Assembly: GCA_963667015.2 (NCBI GenBank)
Contig: CAXXJJ010000004.1
Location: 3,904,001-3,968,000 of the forward strand
Length of the DNA: 64,000 bases
Direction of reading: 5' to 3'
Origin: Desulfatiglandales bacterium
GTDB lineage: Bacteria > Desulfobacterota > DSM-4660 > Desulfatiglandales > HGW-15
Positions within the stretch are counted from its first letter, which is position 1; every line of letters begins with the position of its first letter. The notes under the pieces were generated by a model. The model made no database searches and was not told the origin of the DNA. It was given only the letters and a program-made list of their open reading frames with translations. Both the position numbers and the translations under genes were made by a program. Of this stretch, positions 21,654 to 31,701 are shown piece after piece.

Positions 21654-22301
21654 ATGATGATTAAAATGTCAGAAGATCAATTGAAAGAAGAAAAAAAGAG
21701 GGTCTACGCTAGTACAAGGCAAGATTTACTTACGAGAGATTTATCAAATTCAGAAAAATATGATAATGCTATACTCACCTTATCGACTGGTGTTTTAGCG
21801 ATTTCTCTCGCGTTTATTAAAGACATTATTCCTTTAGAAAAAACACGGTGTTTGATCCTATTAATTCTATCATGGTGTGCATTTGGTGCTGCAATTATAT
21901 CAACACTTATTTCATTTTTATCAAGTCAAATGGCAATCAAACGTCAACTTGAATATGCTGAGAAGTACTACCTCAATGAAGAGGAAGAGTATCTTAAAAG
22001 AAAGAATTCTCCTAAACAATTAACTGACGTTATGAACTATACATCTGGAATATTATTCATTATAGGTATTATAGTCACCATAATTTTTGTGTCCATCAAC
22101 ATAGCTGGAGAAAATGTCATGACGAATAAATCATCAACAAAAGACGGAGCAACTATACCTGTATTGCAAAAAGTTACAAAGGACATCGTGAAAAAGGGGG
22201 CAAATATACCCGATATGCAACCAGTAGGTCAATCAACTACACAACAATCTACTGTTCAAGATGTGAATCAATCCAGTGGAAATAATGATAGTTCTAAATA
22301 G
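21654..22301 (+). CDS. 3-TM membrane protein with in-frame hydrophilic C-terminal peptide
   Basis: Three hydrophobic segments; GGAG-n8-ATG at 22119. Confidence 0.65.
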   Translation: MMIKMSEDQLKEEKKRVYASTRQDLLTRDLSNSEKYDNAILTLSTGVLAISLAFIKDIIPLEKTRCLILLILSWCAFGAAIISTLISFLSSQMAIKRQLEYAEKYYLNEEEEYLKRKNSPKQLTDVMNYTSGILFIIGIIVTIIFVSINIAGENVMTNKSSTKDGATIPVLQKVTKDIVKKGANIPDMQPVGQSTTQQSTVQDVNQSSGNNDSSK

Positions 22302-22500
22302 AATTAACCTAGTCCAAGATTCAGTACTCTTGAGTATTTTGATGGATTATAATATCTAAGGTGTGGGGTCAAACTCACCTGCCTCAACTAAATTACACCC
22401 ATAAATTCAATAACTTCCTTTTCACTCCTGCCCTATTGGGCTACTTTTGGGCTCTCTTTTGAAAATTATTTTCAAATTTTGTATAAAAAATGGCATAACT

Positions 22501-22513
22501 GTTTAGTGTTTAG
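22501..22513 (+). promoter_or_regulatory. Putative operator GTTTAGTGTTTAG (copy 1) abutting TTGACA
   Basis: Exact 13-mer repeated at 23633-23645. Confidence 0.55.
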
Positions 22514-22571
22514 TTGACACTTCATTTTTATTCTGATATCTATTATTGTAAGATTTAAAAGGGAGATATTT

Positions 22572-22919
22572 ATGAATGAAAAATTTGGGGCACGCATAAA
22601 AAGAATGAGAACCGAAAAACAAATGGGATTACGTCAGACAGCTAAAAAAGTTGGTATTTCTCCAACATTTCTCTCTCGAATAGAAAATGATCAAGAAACA
22701 AGTCTACCAAGTGAAGAAAAAATAAAAAAACTATCAGAAGTACTTCAAGATAATTTCGATGAGTTGATGCAACTGGCAGGACGAATTCCAAATGAAGTTA
22801 CAGAATATATTAAAGCAAAAAAATCTATGCCAGCATTTCTAAGGCGAGCTCAAGAGGAAAACATATCAGCGGAAGAATTGATGAAACTTTTGGACAAACG
22901 GGGACAAAAAGATAAATGA
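22572..22919 (+). CDS. XRE-family HTH regulator (CapH-like position)
   Basis: FGARIKRMR...LRQTAKKVGISPTFLSRIEN. Confidence 0.9.
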   Translation: MNEKFGARIKRMRTEKQMGLRQTAKKVGISPTFLSRIENDQETSLPSEEKIKKLSEVLQDNFDELMQLAGRIPNEVTEYIKAKKSMPAFLRRAQEENISAEELMKLLDKRGQKDK

Positions 22920-23605
22920 CAATTGAAGTTCCTTTCAGGAGAATGTCAGAAATTGAAGCTATGGCACTAGATCTCTTAGAGAAATACCAAACATGGAAAG
23001 AGAGTCCATTAGCAGCACCAATTGATGTAGATGAGATTATTGAAGGGTACTTCAAAATATACCTTGAATTCGGAGATCTAAAGGAACACCTATCAATTTC
23101 AGATGTATTAGGCGCTGCTTGGTTTGATGAAAAAATAATAAGAATAGATTCTTCGCTTGAAGAAAAAGAAGGTCGTTTATCTTTTACTATGGCCCATGAA
23201 GTTGGACATTGGTGGATGCATAGACCGATATATGAAATGGGGAAGTTAAGTTTACAATTATTTAGTTATGATAAATCTGCACCACCCTCTTCTGCCATTG
23301 TTTGTCGATCTACTATGAAAAAAGAACCAGCCGAATGGCAAGCGGATCAGTTTGCAGGCATGCTTCTTATGCCTGCATCATTAATGCAAGAATCAAAATT
23401 ATCAGTATATGGCTCAGAACAGATAAAAGTGGATGGATTAGAGGATTATAAAAATAACAGCGCACAGAATCCGTATCTTAGGGCAGTAGCAAAGAAGTTT
23501 ACAAACGCGGATTTTAATAATGTATCAGTTGAGGCAATGTGCTATCGACTAATCAGTTTGGGTTTTGTAGTTGATTCAAATCCCATACAAAAATCCTTAT
23601 TTTAA
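22916..23605 (+). CDS. ImmA/IrrE-family metallopeptidase (CapP-like position)
   Basis: RLSFTMAHEVGH, EWQADQFAGMLLMP; ATGA overlap with HTH gene. Confidence 0.9.
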   Translation: MTIEVPFRRMSEIEAMALDLLEKYQTWKESPLAAPIDVDEIIEGYFKIYLEFGDLKEHLSISDVLGAAWFDEKIIRIDSSLEEKEGRLSFTMAHEVGHWWMHRPIYEMGKLSLQLFSYDKSAPPSSAIVCRSTMKKEPAEWQADQFAGMLLMPASLMQESKLSVYGSEQIKVDGLEDYKNNSAQNPYLRAVAKKFTNADFNNVSVEAMCYRLISLGFVVDSNPIQKSLF

Positions 23606-23632
23606 TACTATCAATATTTTTTTGACTTAATC

Positions 23633-23645
23633 GTTTAGTGTTTAG
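23633..23645 (+). promoter_or_regulatory. Putative operator GTTTAGTGTTTAG (copy 2) downstream of TTGACT
   Basis: Exact repeat of 22501-22513. Confidence 0.55.
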
Positions 23646-23673
23646 GGAACAATTTATGAAAGGAGGTGATATT

Positions 23674-23844
23674 ATGGCAACAAATCCGCCGAAAGGAGAC
23701 GGACATAGAAATGGCGCAGTAAAAGATCGAAGTCAAGTCTACAATCCAGCTAAAAATCGTTGGACTAAACGTGCCCCTGATGGAAAGTTTATGGATCAGA
23801 AGGCTGATGGAAAACCTTTTAAAGGTGTCAGAAAGGAAAAGTGA
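23674..23844 (+). CDS. Small basic protein (56 aa)
   Basis: AGGAGGTG RBS; MATNPPKGDGHRNGAVKDRSQVYNP...KPFKGVRKEK. Confidence 0.75.
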   Translation: MATNPPKGDGHRNGAVKDRSQVYNPAKNRWTKRAPDGKFMDQKADGKPFKGVRKEK

Positions 23845-24018
23845 TAGAATCCTTTGGCGTGTCTTGAAAAGGCGCGCCTCTGGATATCTTTTTACAAAAT
23901 TACAGTAAGGAGCCACTGTATATTGTGTCAAATATAACACAAACACTATATCTTGACATTGGTGAAAACGTGATTATTTAGTTTAAAAATAAGTCGAAAC
24001 AATTATTAGGTAAAGAAA

Positions 24019-25170
24019 ATGACAAAAAAATTAACTATTGAACAAAGCTTTCAAAAATTTCTTACTAACCTCAATCCAACAGAGAAACAGCTACAAGCCA
24101 TACAAAAAACCAGAGCAAGCATCGATAACGTCTTATCTAACGACCAAAGAATATTTCTTCATACTCAAAAACAACCTTCATTTTTAACTGGATCTTACTC
24201 AAGAGGAACCATTATTCGCCCTATCGATGATATCGATCTATATGTACGTGTTCATTATAGCAAACACGCTGAAAACAAAACACCTCGTTCAATCCTTGTT
24301 TTAATTGCCTCCGCTCTGAGAAAACGTTATCCCAATAATACGAAAATAAATGTAGATTCCCCATGTGTTGCAGTAAGTTTCTTTGGTTACAAATTCGAGG
24401 TAGTACCTGTCGTATGCTACTCATATGATGATAACCTGTATGACATACCTGCTCCTGGCTCTAAATCATGGATGCAATGTTATCCTCACATACCTTCAAA
24501 ATGGCTTTCATCAAGCAATCAGAGAAACAAAAAAATGTTTATTCCTTTGATTAAAATGCTAAAACAGTGGAATAGAACAAATAAAATGAATTTTAAATCC
24601 TTCCACATTGAACTCCTAACAGAAAAAGTTTTTTCATCGGTCACGGATATCTATTCATATCCACAAGGAATTATGGATTGGATGTATTGTGTTAGGGAAT
24701 GGTTCTGGGACAATAATTATCCATTTATAACAGAACCAGGACATAATAATAAATTCATTGATGATTATATTTATGAAAAAAAATTTCGAGTCAATGTTAT
24801 CAGGAATAAATTAGATAAGGCTATAAAAAGAGCTGAAAGAGCCTATGATTTATATCTGAAAGGTAAAGATATTCCAGCAAGGAGAATATGGAAAAATATG
24901 TTTGGAACAATGTACCCTTCTCCGGATCCATTGCCAATCAAACCTATCTTAACACCACCAAAACAAACTCCACCACCTACACTTAGAGATATTTTCACTA
25001 CACAGCAATCACCAGTATTAGGCAAACTTGAACAGCCTTCAAGCAATTACTTACTTGGTCTTCTCTCTAACCCAAAATCCAAATTACCAGATGATCCTAA
25101 TAATAATTCCAATACTAATTTTTTAAGAGGCTTACTCGCAGGATATAATGACCCATTTAAAAAATATTGA
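24019..25170 (+). CDS. SMODS / cGAS-DncV-like nucleotidyltransferase (CBASS cyclase)
   Basis: TGSYSRGTIIRPIDDIDL, FEVVP, IKMLKQWN, SFHIELL. Confidence 0.85.
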   Translation: MTKKLTIEQSFQKFLTNLNPTEKQLQAIQKTRASIDNVLSNDQRIFLHTQKQPSFLTGSYSRGTIIRPIDDIDLYVRVHYSKHAENKTPRSILVLIASALRKRYPNNTKINVDSPCVAVSFFGYKFEVVPVVCYSYDDNLYDIPAPGSKSWMQCYPHIPSKWLSSSNQRNKKMFIPLIKMLKQWNRTNKMNFKSFHIELLTEKVFSSVTDIYSYPQGIMDWMYCVREWFWDNNYPFITEPGHNNKFIDDYIYEKKFRVNVIRNKLDKAIKRAERAYDLYLKGKDIPARRIWKNMFGTMYPSPDPLPIKPILTPPKQTPPPTLRDIFTTQQSPVLGKLEQPSSNYLLGLLSNPKSKLPDDPNNNSNTNFLRGLLAGYNDPFKKY

Positions 25171-25176
25171 GGGAAT

Positions 25177-25689
25177 ATGACAGAAAATAATATTGAACAC
25201 CTAATAAAAGAATGTATGCAAATAGTGGATGATAGTCTTTATACAGCTGAAGCACATTACATACTAGCCTCTAAAGCTAACCAAATAAGCTTTTGGGTGA
25301 AATTAATCCCAGCTCTCGCGGCTGCAGTAAGTGGTATTGCAGTCCTTTCAGGTGCTCCGAACTGGGTCGCATGGTTTTCAGTTATCTCCGGTGTCGCCTT
25401 TGCGTTACAATCGATACTTAGCCCAGATAAAAAGAAGGAAGAGCATACTTCAGCTGCCAAATGTTATACATCGTTAAAGCATGAAGCAAACGCTTTGCAT
25501 TCCACTTTTTCTAAAGAAATGTCACGGGAGGAGTTTTCTGTGATGGTTAGAATCCTCCGTGATAGGTATAACATGGTAGCTAAACTTACACCACAAACCA
25601 CTATAAAAGCTTTTGAAGAAGGCAGAAAACGGATTAAAGCAGGAATACATATACCTGATTTTGAAGAGCAAGAAAGTGAATCTGAATGA
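25177..25689 (+). CDS. SLATT-domain 2-TM effector
   Basis: SLYTAEAHY, two TM helices, H..AA..Y..L, follows SMODS gene. Confidence 0.8.
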   Translation: MTENNIEHLIKECMQIVDDSLYTAEAHYILASKANQISFWVKLIPALAAAVSGIAVLSGAPNWVAWFSVISGVAFALQSILSPDKKKEEHTSAAKCYTSLKHEANALHSTFSKEMSREEFSVMVRILRDRYNMVAKLTPQTTIKAFEEGRKRIKAGIHIPDFEEQESESE

Positions 25690-26164
25690 GAAAAGCCAGT
25701 TTCCTAGTCTCACTTTAATTTTTGAGCTAACAAAAGAAAAACTGCATTTCCAATCGGAGCAATGGAACGCGGTTGATTCAAAAAATGCTATCGTATTAGC
25801 TGTATACGGAATAGTGTTGGCAATATACACGAACGTCAATGCAACATATTTCATTGTCTACCAAAAATATATTCTCGCTTTCTGGTTATGTATTATCGCT
25901 ATAGGTATAATCTGCTCAATCATATCTCTGATTCCCAGAGATATAGAAATGCCTCCAAAAGCTGGAGTACTTAGTGATAAATATCTAGATAAGGATGAAT
26001 ATGACACAACGAATGTTTTACTATCTACATTAGAAGGAGCTATCACGGAAAATGATTACATAATTAAAAGAAAGTCCTTTTATCTTTCATTATCTATAAA
26101 AATATTTTTACCAATCGCCTTAGGTATATCAATAATTTCTATTTTTATAAAAATTTTATCATAA
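25676..26164 (+). CDS. 3-TM membrane protein (PycTM-like topology)
   Basis: VDSKNAIVL, three hydrophobic segments; overlaps SLATT stop; start uncertain. Confidence 0.55.
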   Translation: MNLNEKSQFPSLTLIFELTKEKLHFQSEQWNAVDSKNAIVLAVYGIVLAIYTNVNATYFIVYQKYILAFWLCIIAIGIICSIISLIPRDIEMPPKAGVLSDKYLDKDEYDTTNVLLSTLEGAITENDYIIKRKSFYLSLSIKIFLPIALGISIISIFIKILS

Positions 26165-26189
26165 AAATCAAATTGGGAGGCAACTAAGA

Positions 26190-26342
26190 ATGACAGATGA
26201 TAATATAAAATCTCAAACAATCAAAAACATCAATAATACGATAAGGAAACCAACTGAAAGGCCCCCAGCAGACCCAGACCTTAGTGACCATTATCAAAGA
26301 AACCCTTCTCCAACCCCAATAGAGAAGAGAGAAAAATCATAA
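26190..26342 (+). CDS. Pro-rich 50-aa peptide
   Basis: GGGAGG RBS; MTDDNIK...KPTERPPADPDLSDHYQRNPSPTP... Confidence 0.55.
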   Translation: MTDDNIKSQTIKNINNTIRKPTERPPADPDLSDHYQRNPSPTPIEKREKS

Positions 26343-26355
26343 AAGGAGAAATACA

Positions 26356-26481
26356 ATGAGTAAAAAAAATAAGCCGGAGCAGAAACCAGCTCCTCCAAAA
26401 AGACCTGAACCAGATCCAAGATTGAGGGATCCTAGAAAAATAGAAGATACAACACCAAGAATCACATTAGATGACAAATAA
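26356..26481 (+). CDS. Pro-rich 41-aa peptide
   Basis: AAGGAG RBS; MSKKNKPEQKPAPPKRPEPDPRLRDPRKIEDTTPRITLDDK. Confidence 0.55.
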   Translation: MSKKNKPEQKPAPPKRPEPDPRLRDPRKIEDTTPRITLDDK

Positions 26482-27100
26482 ATAAAAGCACTCGCGACTA
26501 ATACTTTATACCGATTCAATTTAATGATTGGCCGCTTTTATTTTTCTTATTTGAAATATTAAATTTCATCACATATTTATTTTCAGTTAATATTACTACT
26601 ATTTAATAATAAATTTGAGATGAATGCGCATTTAATATGCTTTAAATAAAATACAATACGGGACTAATAAACTTGGCAGTAGAAAATACAACAAAGAATA
26701 AAAATAAAAAATTTAATAGATGCCTTCGAGAGATAATTGCCATTACTTTTTGGACTTTATTATTTTGTAAATTAATCGTCTTTGATTTCGATGTATATAT
26801 TTTTCAAAATTACCTACCGTCCTTAGTATGGATATTAAATTTTCGCTTTATTGGTATATTGGTAGCATTTTCAGTAATTCTAATAGGAATTCGAAAAAAA
26901 TCATTTCGTCGATTTCTTTTTTATATTGCATGTTATCCTTTTATTATATTGTTGTACTAAACCGCTTCGCGGTGGCTTAAAAACGAAAGTCAAAGTTCTT
27001 TGACAATTGAATAGTCTTATATCCTAAAGATACTTCATAAAAATCTCCTTTAGAGGATAATTGAGGGATCGTTAACCTCAAGACAAAAAGGAGATTACTT

Positions 27101-27952
27101 ATGGGCAAATTAAAAGACAAAATGATAAAGGATATGGAGTTAAGGGGATTCAGTCCAAGGACTAAACAGACCTACCTTGACTGGGTTTGGAGGCTTTCCA
27201 AACAAAATGGAAAATCTCCGGATCTACTTGGGGACGAAGAGATACGTGATTTTCTCCATTACCTGTTAAAAGATCGGAAAGCAAAACAATCGACTGTAAA
27301 CCAGGCTTACAGTGCATTCAGATTTTTCTATAAGATAACACTTGAAAGGGATTGGAACGAGGAAAAGACCCCAAGAAGCAAACAGCCCAAGAAACTTCCT
27401 GTAGTGTTATCAATGGAGGAAGTAGAAAAGATATTTAAAAATACAAACAACCTGAAGCACAAAGCTATTTTGATGACAATATATTCCGGCGGACTCAGAA
27501 GTGATGAAGTCGTAAACCTCAAGATAGGAGACATCGACAGTAAAAGGATGTTGATAAAGGTTTTTGGTAAGGGATCAAAGGAGCGTTATACTCTTTTAGG
27601 CGAAAAGGCTCTTGATATACTCCGCGACTATTGGAAAGTATATCAGCCCACAAGCTATCTGTTTCCATCCAGAACAAAAGACCGCCATATTGATGCATCG
27701 ACGGTAGGCAAGGCTTTTAAAAAGTCAGTTGGCCTATCAAATATCCATAAGAAAGCAAGTCTCCATACACTTCGTCACAGCTTTGCAACCCACCTTCTGG
27801 AATCCGGGGCAGATATCTACTATATACAAAAACTTTTGGGACACAGCAGTGTTAAGACAACAGAGATCTATATCCATGTAGCCAAAAGAGATATTGTGAA
27901 GATAAAGAGCCCGATAGATCTACTCAAGGATGATGACGAGCCTGAGATATAG
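27101..27952 (+). CDS. Tyrosine recombinase (integron-integrase-like N-terminus)
   Basis: [52 protein letters not shown]...TTEIY. Confidence 0.92.
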   Translation: MGKLKDKMIKDMELRGFSPRTKQTYLDWVWRLSKQNGKSPDLLGDEEIRDFLHYLLKDRKAKQSTVNQAYSAFRFFYKITLERDWNEEKTPRSKQPKKLPVVLSMEEVEKIFKNTNNLKHKAILMTIYSGGLRSDEVVNLKIGDIDSKRMLIKVFGKGSKERYTLLGEKALDILRDYWKVYQPTSYLFPSRTKDRHIDASTVGKAFKKSVGLSNIHKKASLHTLRHSFATHLLESGADIYYIQKLLGHSSVKTTEIYIHVAKRDIVKIKSPIDLLKDDDEPEI

Positions 27953-27966
27953 TGTGGCCTTGAGTC

Positions 27967-29156
27967 ATGAAAGGCCACACAGAAGTGGCCGACATCTTTC
28001 GTGTTTATGGCGGGGAATATAGAACTGCCAATGCCGGGAAGATGCCTTTGAGGCATCATAAGGCAATGAACGCGATTGAAGTCTGCCGCACATCGGTATT
28101 GGGCGGCCATAAAGATGAGTGTGATACCTGTGAAGCCATAAAGATATCATACAATTCATGCAGGAACAGACACTGTCCAAAATGCCAGTGTCTGGACAAG
28201 GAGAGATGGCTTGAATCACGCAAACAGGAAGTACTTCCTGTTAACTATTTTCATGTGGTGTTTACCAAGCCGTCAGAGTTAAGCCCCTTAAGCCTGAGAA
28301 ACCAGGCTGTAAGCTACAGTATCCTTTTCAAGGCCTCATCAGAGACATTAAAGGAACTGAGCGCGGACGCAAAACACCTCGGCGCACTACCGGGTTTTAT
28401 CGGTATCCTGCATACATGGTCACAGACATTAATACATCATCCTCACATGCACTATATTGTAACCGGTGGAGGATTATCCCCTGATGGCAAGAGATGGATA
28501 TCCTGCAAGAATGATTTTTTTATACACGTAAAGGTTCTGTCCAGTGTGTTCAGAGGCAAATATCTTTATTATCTGAAAAAGGCATACCAGGAGAGGAAGC
28601 TTGTCTTTCCGGGTTTAGATAAAAGATCATTGAGAATGAAGAAGCCTTTAACAGATTTTGCTCTGAGCTTTACAAAAAAGAATGGGTTGTGTACTGCAAA
28701 CCTCCCTTTAAGTACCCGGAGGATGTTATTGATTATCTCGGGAGATATACCCACAGGGTTGCAATAACGAACAACCGGATAGAAAAGATAGAGGATGGTA
28801 AAGTAACATTTAAATACAGAGACCGTCAGGACAACGACAAAGTAAAACCGATGACCCTGGAAGCTTCTGAGTTTATCCGCAGGTTTCTATATCACGTATT
28901 ACCTGATGGTTTTATGAAGATCCGCCAATATGGCATTCTTAGTAATCGATATAAATCCGAAAAGCTCAAAAAATGTAGAGACATCCTTGGAGTTAAAGAG
29001 GAAGAAAGCAAACACGAGAAGGGAAAGGAAAGTTGGGAAGATCTTCTTTATAGATTAACCGGGACAGATCCAAGACTTTGTCCATATTGCAAAAAAGGAA
29101 GGATGGTACGAAAGCAGAAGATACATCCTTTAAAAGCAAGGTCTCCCCCAGCATGA
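27967..29156 (+). CDS. IS91-family (Y2 HUH) transposase, frameshifted near 28615
   Basis: SCRNRHCPKCQ, HTWSQ..HHPHMH, YLGRYTHRVA, RRFLYHVLP.GF.KIRQYG; ORFs 27967-28767 and 28689-29156. Confidence 0.88.
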
Positions 29157-30751
29157 TAATGTTTTATAATAAAATAACAATTTTAAAAACCTCCCTTCAG
29201 AGTAATGGAGACCTATGTTAACAAAGGCAAAAAATCGAAATAAATTAGGTTTGCAATATCATACATTTAGTGGCAATAAGGTAAAAGGCTATTCAAAACT
29301 CAAAAAAGTGCAACATCTTAAAAACACAAAACAGATAATACAGGTATACAATCCCCATAGGCAATGGGCCGCGGCTAAGTACAACATGATTGTATATGGA
29401 ATGAAGCCTAGCTTTTTACCATCTTTATATATAAATTACTGATTCTGAACTAGGAACAGGATATTTTTTTTGCTTCACTCCACATACAATCTTAAACGTT
29501 CTGGCGTTTCCCGAAAATCTTTATACGTAACTGGGAACTAACAATTGCTTTTTTTGCCAGCCTTTTATGATTTATTTCGTTCATTCCGCAAAAGGTTTGC
29601 TTTTGCTGTAGTATCAATTATAGCGGCCTTATGCATTGTATATTCATCAAATTCCTATATATTACTACCTTCAATGGTTATAATTGCTCTCTATCTAATT
29701 TTATATCTTTTGCGCACTTTTAGAAAAGCATACAGATCAAGTATATATGAGGAATTAGGTAATCAAATAAAAGAACTGCGGAAAACAATAGAGGACAAAG
29801 GCCATACATTTTGGAAAAGAGAAAAGTATCCACCGGATACAAAAAAATATAATGAACAATGTTTAAGCTTCTATACAATCAATTCTGGTATAGATATTAT
29901 TAGCGAAAAAACTCCACAATATAGCTAAAAGCCGTAAACCTGATTTACATCTTATTTTTTCTTGGACCTTTACTGTATTATTGACTTCCTTTCTGTACGC
30001 ATTTGAATATTGGGGTTTATACAAAATTGAAAATTCCAGCTTTAAGACCGCTCATGACCTCGTCCTACTGGAATTTTTTAGGATTTAGTTTTGAAAAATT
30101 AATTCCATCAAATATATCTTCTTTAGTTCCAGTAAAATTACCCGCAATAATTTTGTCATATTCCGAAACTTTCTGTGCACTTATAATTTTAGTAATTTTA
30201 GTTTTTTCCGTTTTAACTGCTGCAAGAGATAGATACAGAGAGGATATTGATGATTTTATTTTAGAATTAAGGGAACTGGGCTCCTACCTTCAAAATGATT
30301 TTTATAAACTTTATTCTATTGCTGTAAATGATGTTGAAATAATTTTACTCGCAAGTAATGCAGTAATGGTAAACCATGTACGAAAATATAAAGGTCTCCC
30401 TAGTTTATCATTACCGAAAGAAGTAGAATCTAATAGCTTAGATGTGTCAAAATAATCTGCAATTTATTATGAATAAAATAAAATCCATATAAAACAATCA
30501 TTAATTTAATGGAAAAAACAACTTTTTGAATCATCTTAAACAATAAACTTCTTTTCCCTACCCTCCCTCTTCTCATACTCCTCAAGAAATTTACTCCCAT
30601 CCTGATGGGTCATATTGGGGATATATGAGAAGTACTTGTCAGTTATCATTTTCAAGGTTGAATTACTAAACAATTTCTACACCCAACCCAGGTCCTCTTT
30701 GGATGAAATCAGATTGACTTTCGTGTCTTTCTGCAGTATTAATATTGAAAA

Positions 30752-30779
30752 GGTTCACTTTTCATCAGAAAGGTGAACC
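30752..30779. other. Tyrosine-recombinase-type site, left (11-6-11)
   Basis: ggttcactttt-catcag-aaaggtgaacc. Confidence 0.75.
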
Positions 30780-31021
30780 TTTCTTTTTCTAAAACACCAA
30801 TCATTTAAAACTGAAAATCCTTTCATAATCGTCGTCGTATCACCTCCATAATATTGAGCTTTCTGAATCCAATCCGGATTAACTATTACCAATTTCACTG
30901 TTATTTATTTTCTACAGAAAAATCAAAAAGAGGAAATAAATACAGGCCATGCGTCCACCCTCCGAAAACCATTATATTTAAAAATATCAACTAAATCCAC
31001 CAAACATGGTCTTTCCAAAGT

Positions 31022-31049
31022 GGTTCACCTTTCTGATGAAAGGCGAACC
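31022..31049. other. Tyrosine-recombinase-type site, right (inverted copy)
   Basis: ggttcaccttt-ctgatg-aaaggcgaacc; 26/28 match to reverse complement of left site. Confidence 0.75.
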
Positions 31050-31683
31050 AAAACAAAAGAAGAAGCGGTATGTCTGGATTATTGATGAGAGCAAATGCCT
31101 TACTACTGAGGAGGTAATCCGGCTTAGAGCTTATGGTGAAGGATTGAAAGTCCAGGGATTGCTCAAAAGAAATTTTTCAAAAATTAGGAACTGGTTCATG
31201 ATTGAACTTGGGCTTGAAACTGGGCTTAGGGTTGCTGAAATGGCCTCTCTAAAACATGGCAGCCTTTATATTGATGAATTCAGGTCATCGATTGTTGTTA
31301 TAGGAAAAGGATGTAAAATCCGGCCGGTATGGATAAGCTCTGAGTTTAAGAAAAAATGTTTGGAGTATATTAAATATAAAATTGAGTTTGGATTCAATAT
31401 CCATAGAGATTCATATTTTTTGAACAATCTCCAGGACAAGAAAATATCAAAAAGGGCATTACAGAAATTCTTTAAACAGATAATCCAAAAAACCGGTTTA
31501 CCGATTCGTTATCATATTCATTCTCTCAGACATACCTATGCAACCTTTCTTCTAAAAGCAAGTGGTAACAATTACAAATTTGCCAAGGACCAGCTTGGTC
31601 ATGAATCTATTAAAACAACTCAGATTTATGCAGGTGTGATTGAAACAGAAAGGAAGAAAGCTCTTGAAAACTTATACAAATAA
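31036..31683 (+). CDS. Short tyrosine recombinase (catalytic domain only, FimB/FimE-like size)
   Basis: TGLRVAE, GKG.K, HSLRHTY, LGHESIKTTQIY; ATG 31036 lies in the site core (alternative start 31006). Confidence 0.88.
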   Translation: MKGEPKQKKKRYVWIIDESKCLTTEEVIRLRAYGEGLKVQGLLKRNFSKIRNWFMIELGLETGLRVAEMASLKHGSLYIDEFRSSIVVIGKGCKIRPVWISSEFKKKCLEYIKYKIEFGFNIHRDSYFLNNLQDKKISKRALQKFFKQIIQKTGLPIRYHIHSLRHTYATFLLKASGNNYKFAKDQLGHESIKTTQIYAGVIETERKKALENLYK

Positions 31684-31701
31684 TTCTTTGGAGGGGATGT
31701 T

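Larger units (their letters stand above)
26951..29500 (+). mobile_element. Tyrosine-recombinase + IS91-family transposase element, copy A
   Basis: GTTGTAC at left; GTACAAC + hairpin + GTT at right; interrupts a gene at GTT. Confidence 0.85.
26673..30455 (+). pseudogene. Multi-pass membrane protein split by the integrase-IS91 element (26673-26953 + 29501-30455), further frameshifts downstream
   Basis: Joining ttattatattGTT to ctggcgtttcccg restores ...PFIILFWRFPKIFIRNW... Confidence 0.75.

Noticed and set aside
27101..27952. Integron integrase IntI for the array
   Set aside because: Lies inside the IS91-type element, is not next to the putative attI and seems to lack the IntI-specific insertion.
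28600..28630. Programmed frameshift in transposase A
   Set aside because: No clear slippery heptamer and copy B is intact; mutation or sequencing error is more likely.
30755..30850. Leader peptide in the invertible segment coupling to the recombinase after inversion
   Set aside because: Checked frames: the ORF from 30826 neither fuses in frame with nor stops at the recombinase ATG.
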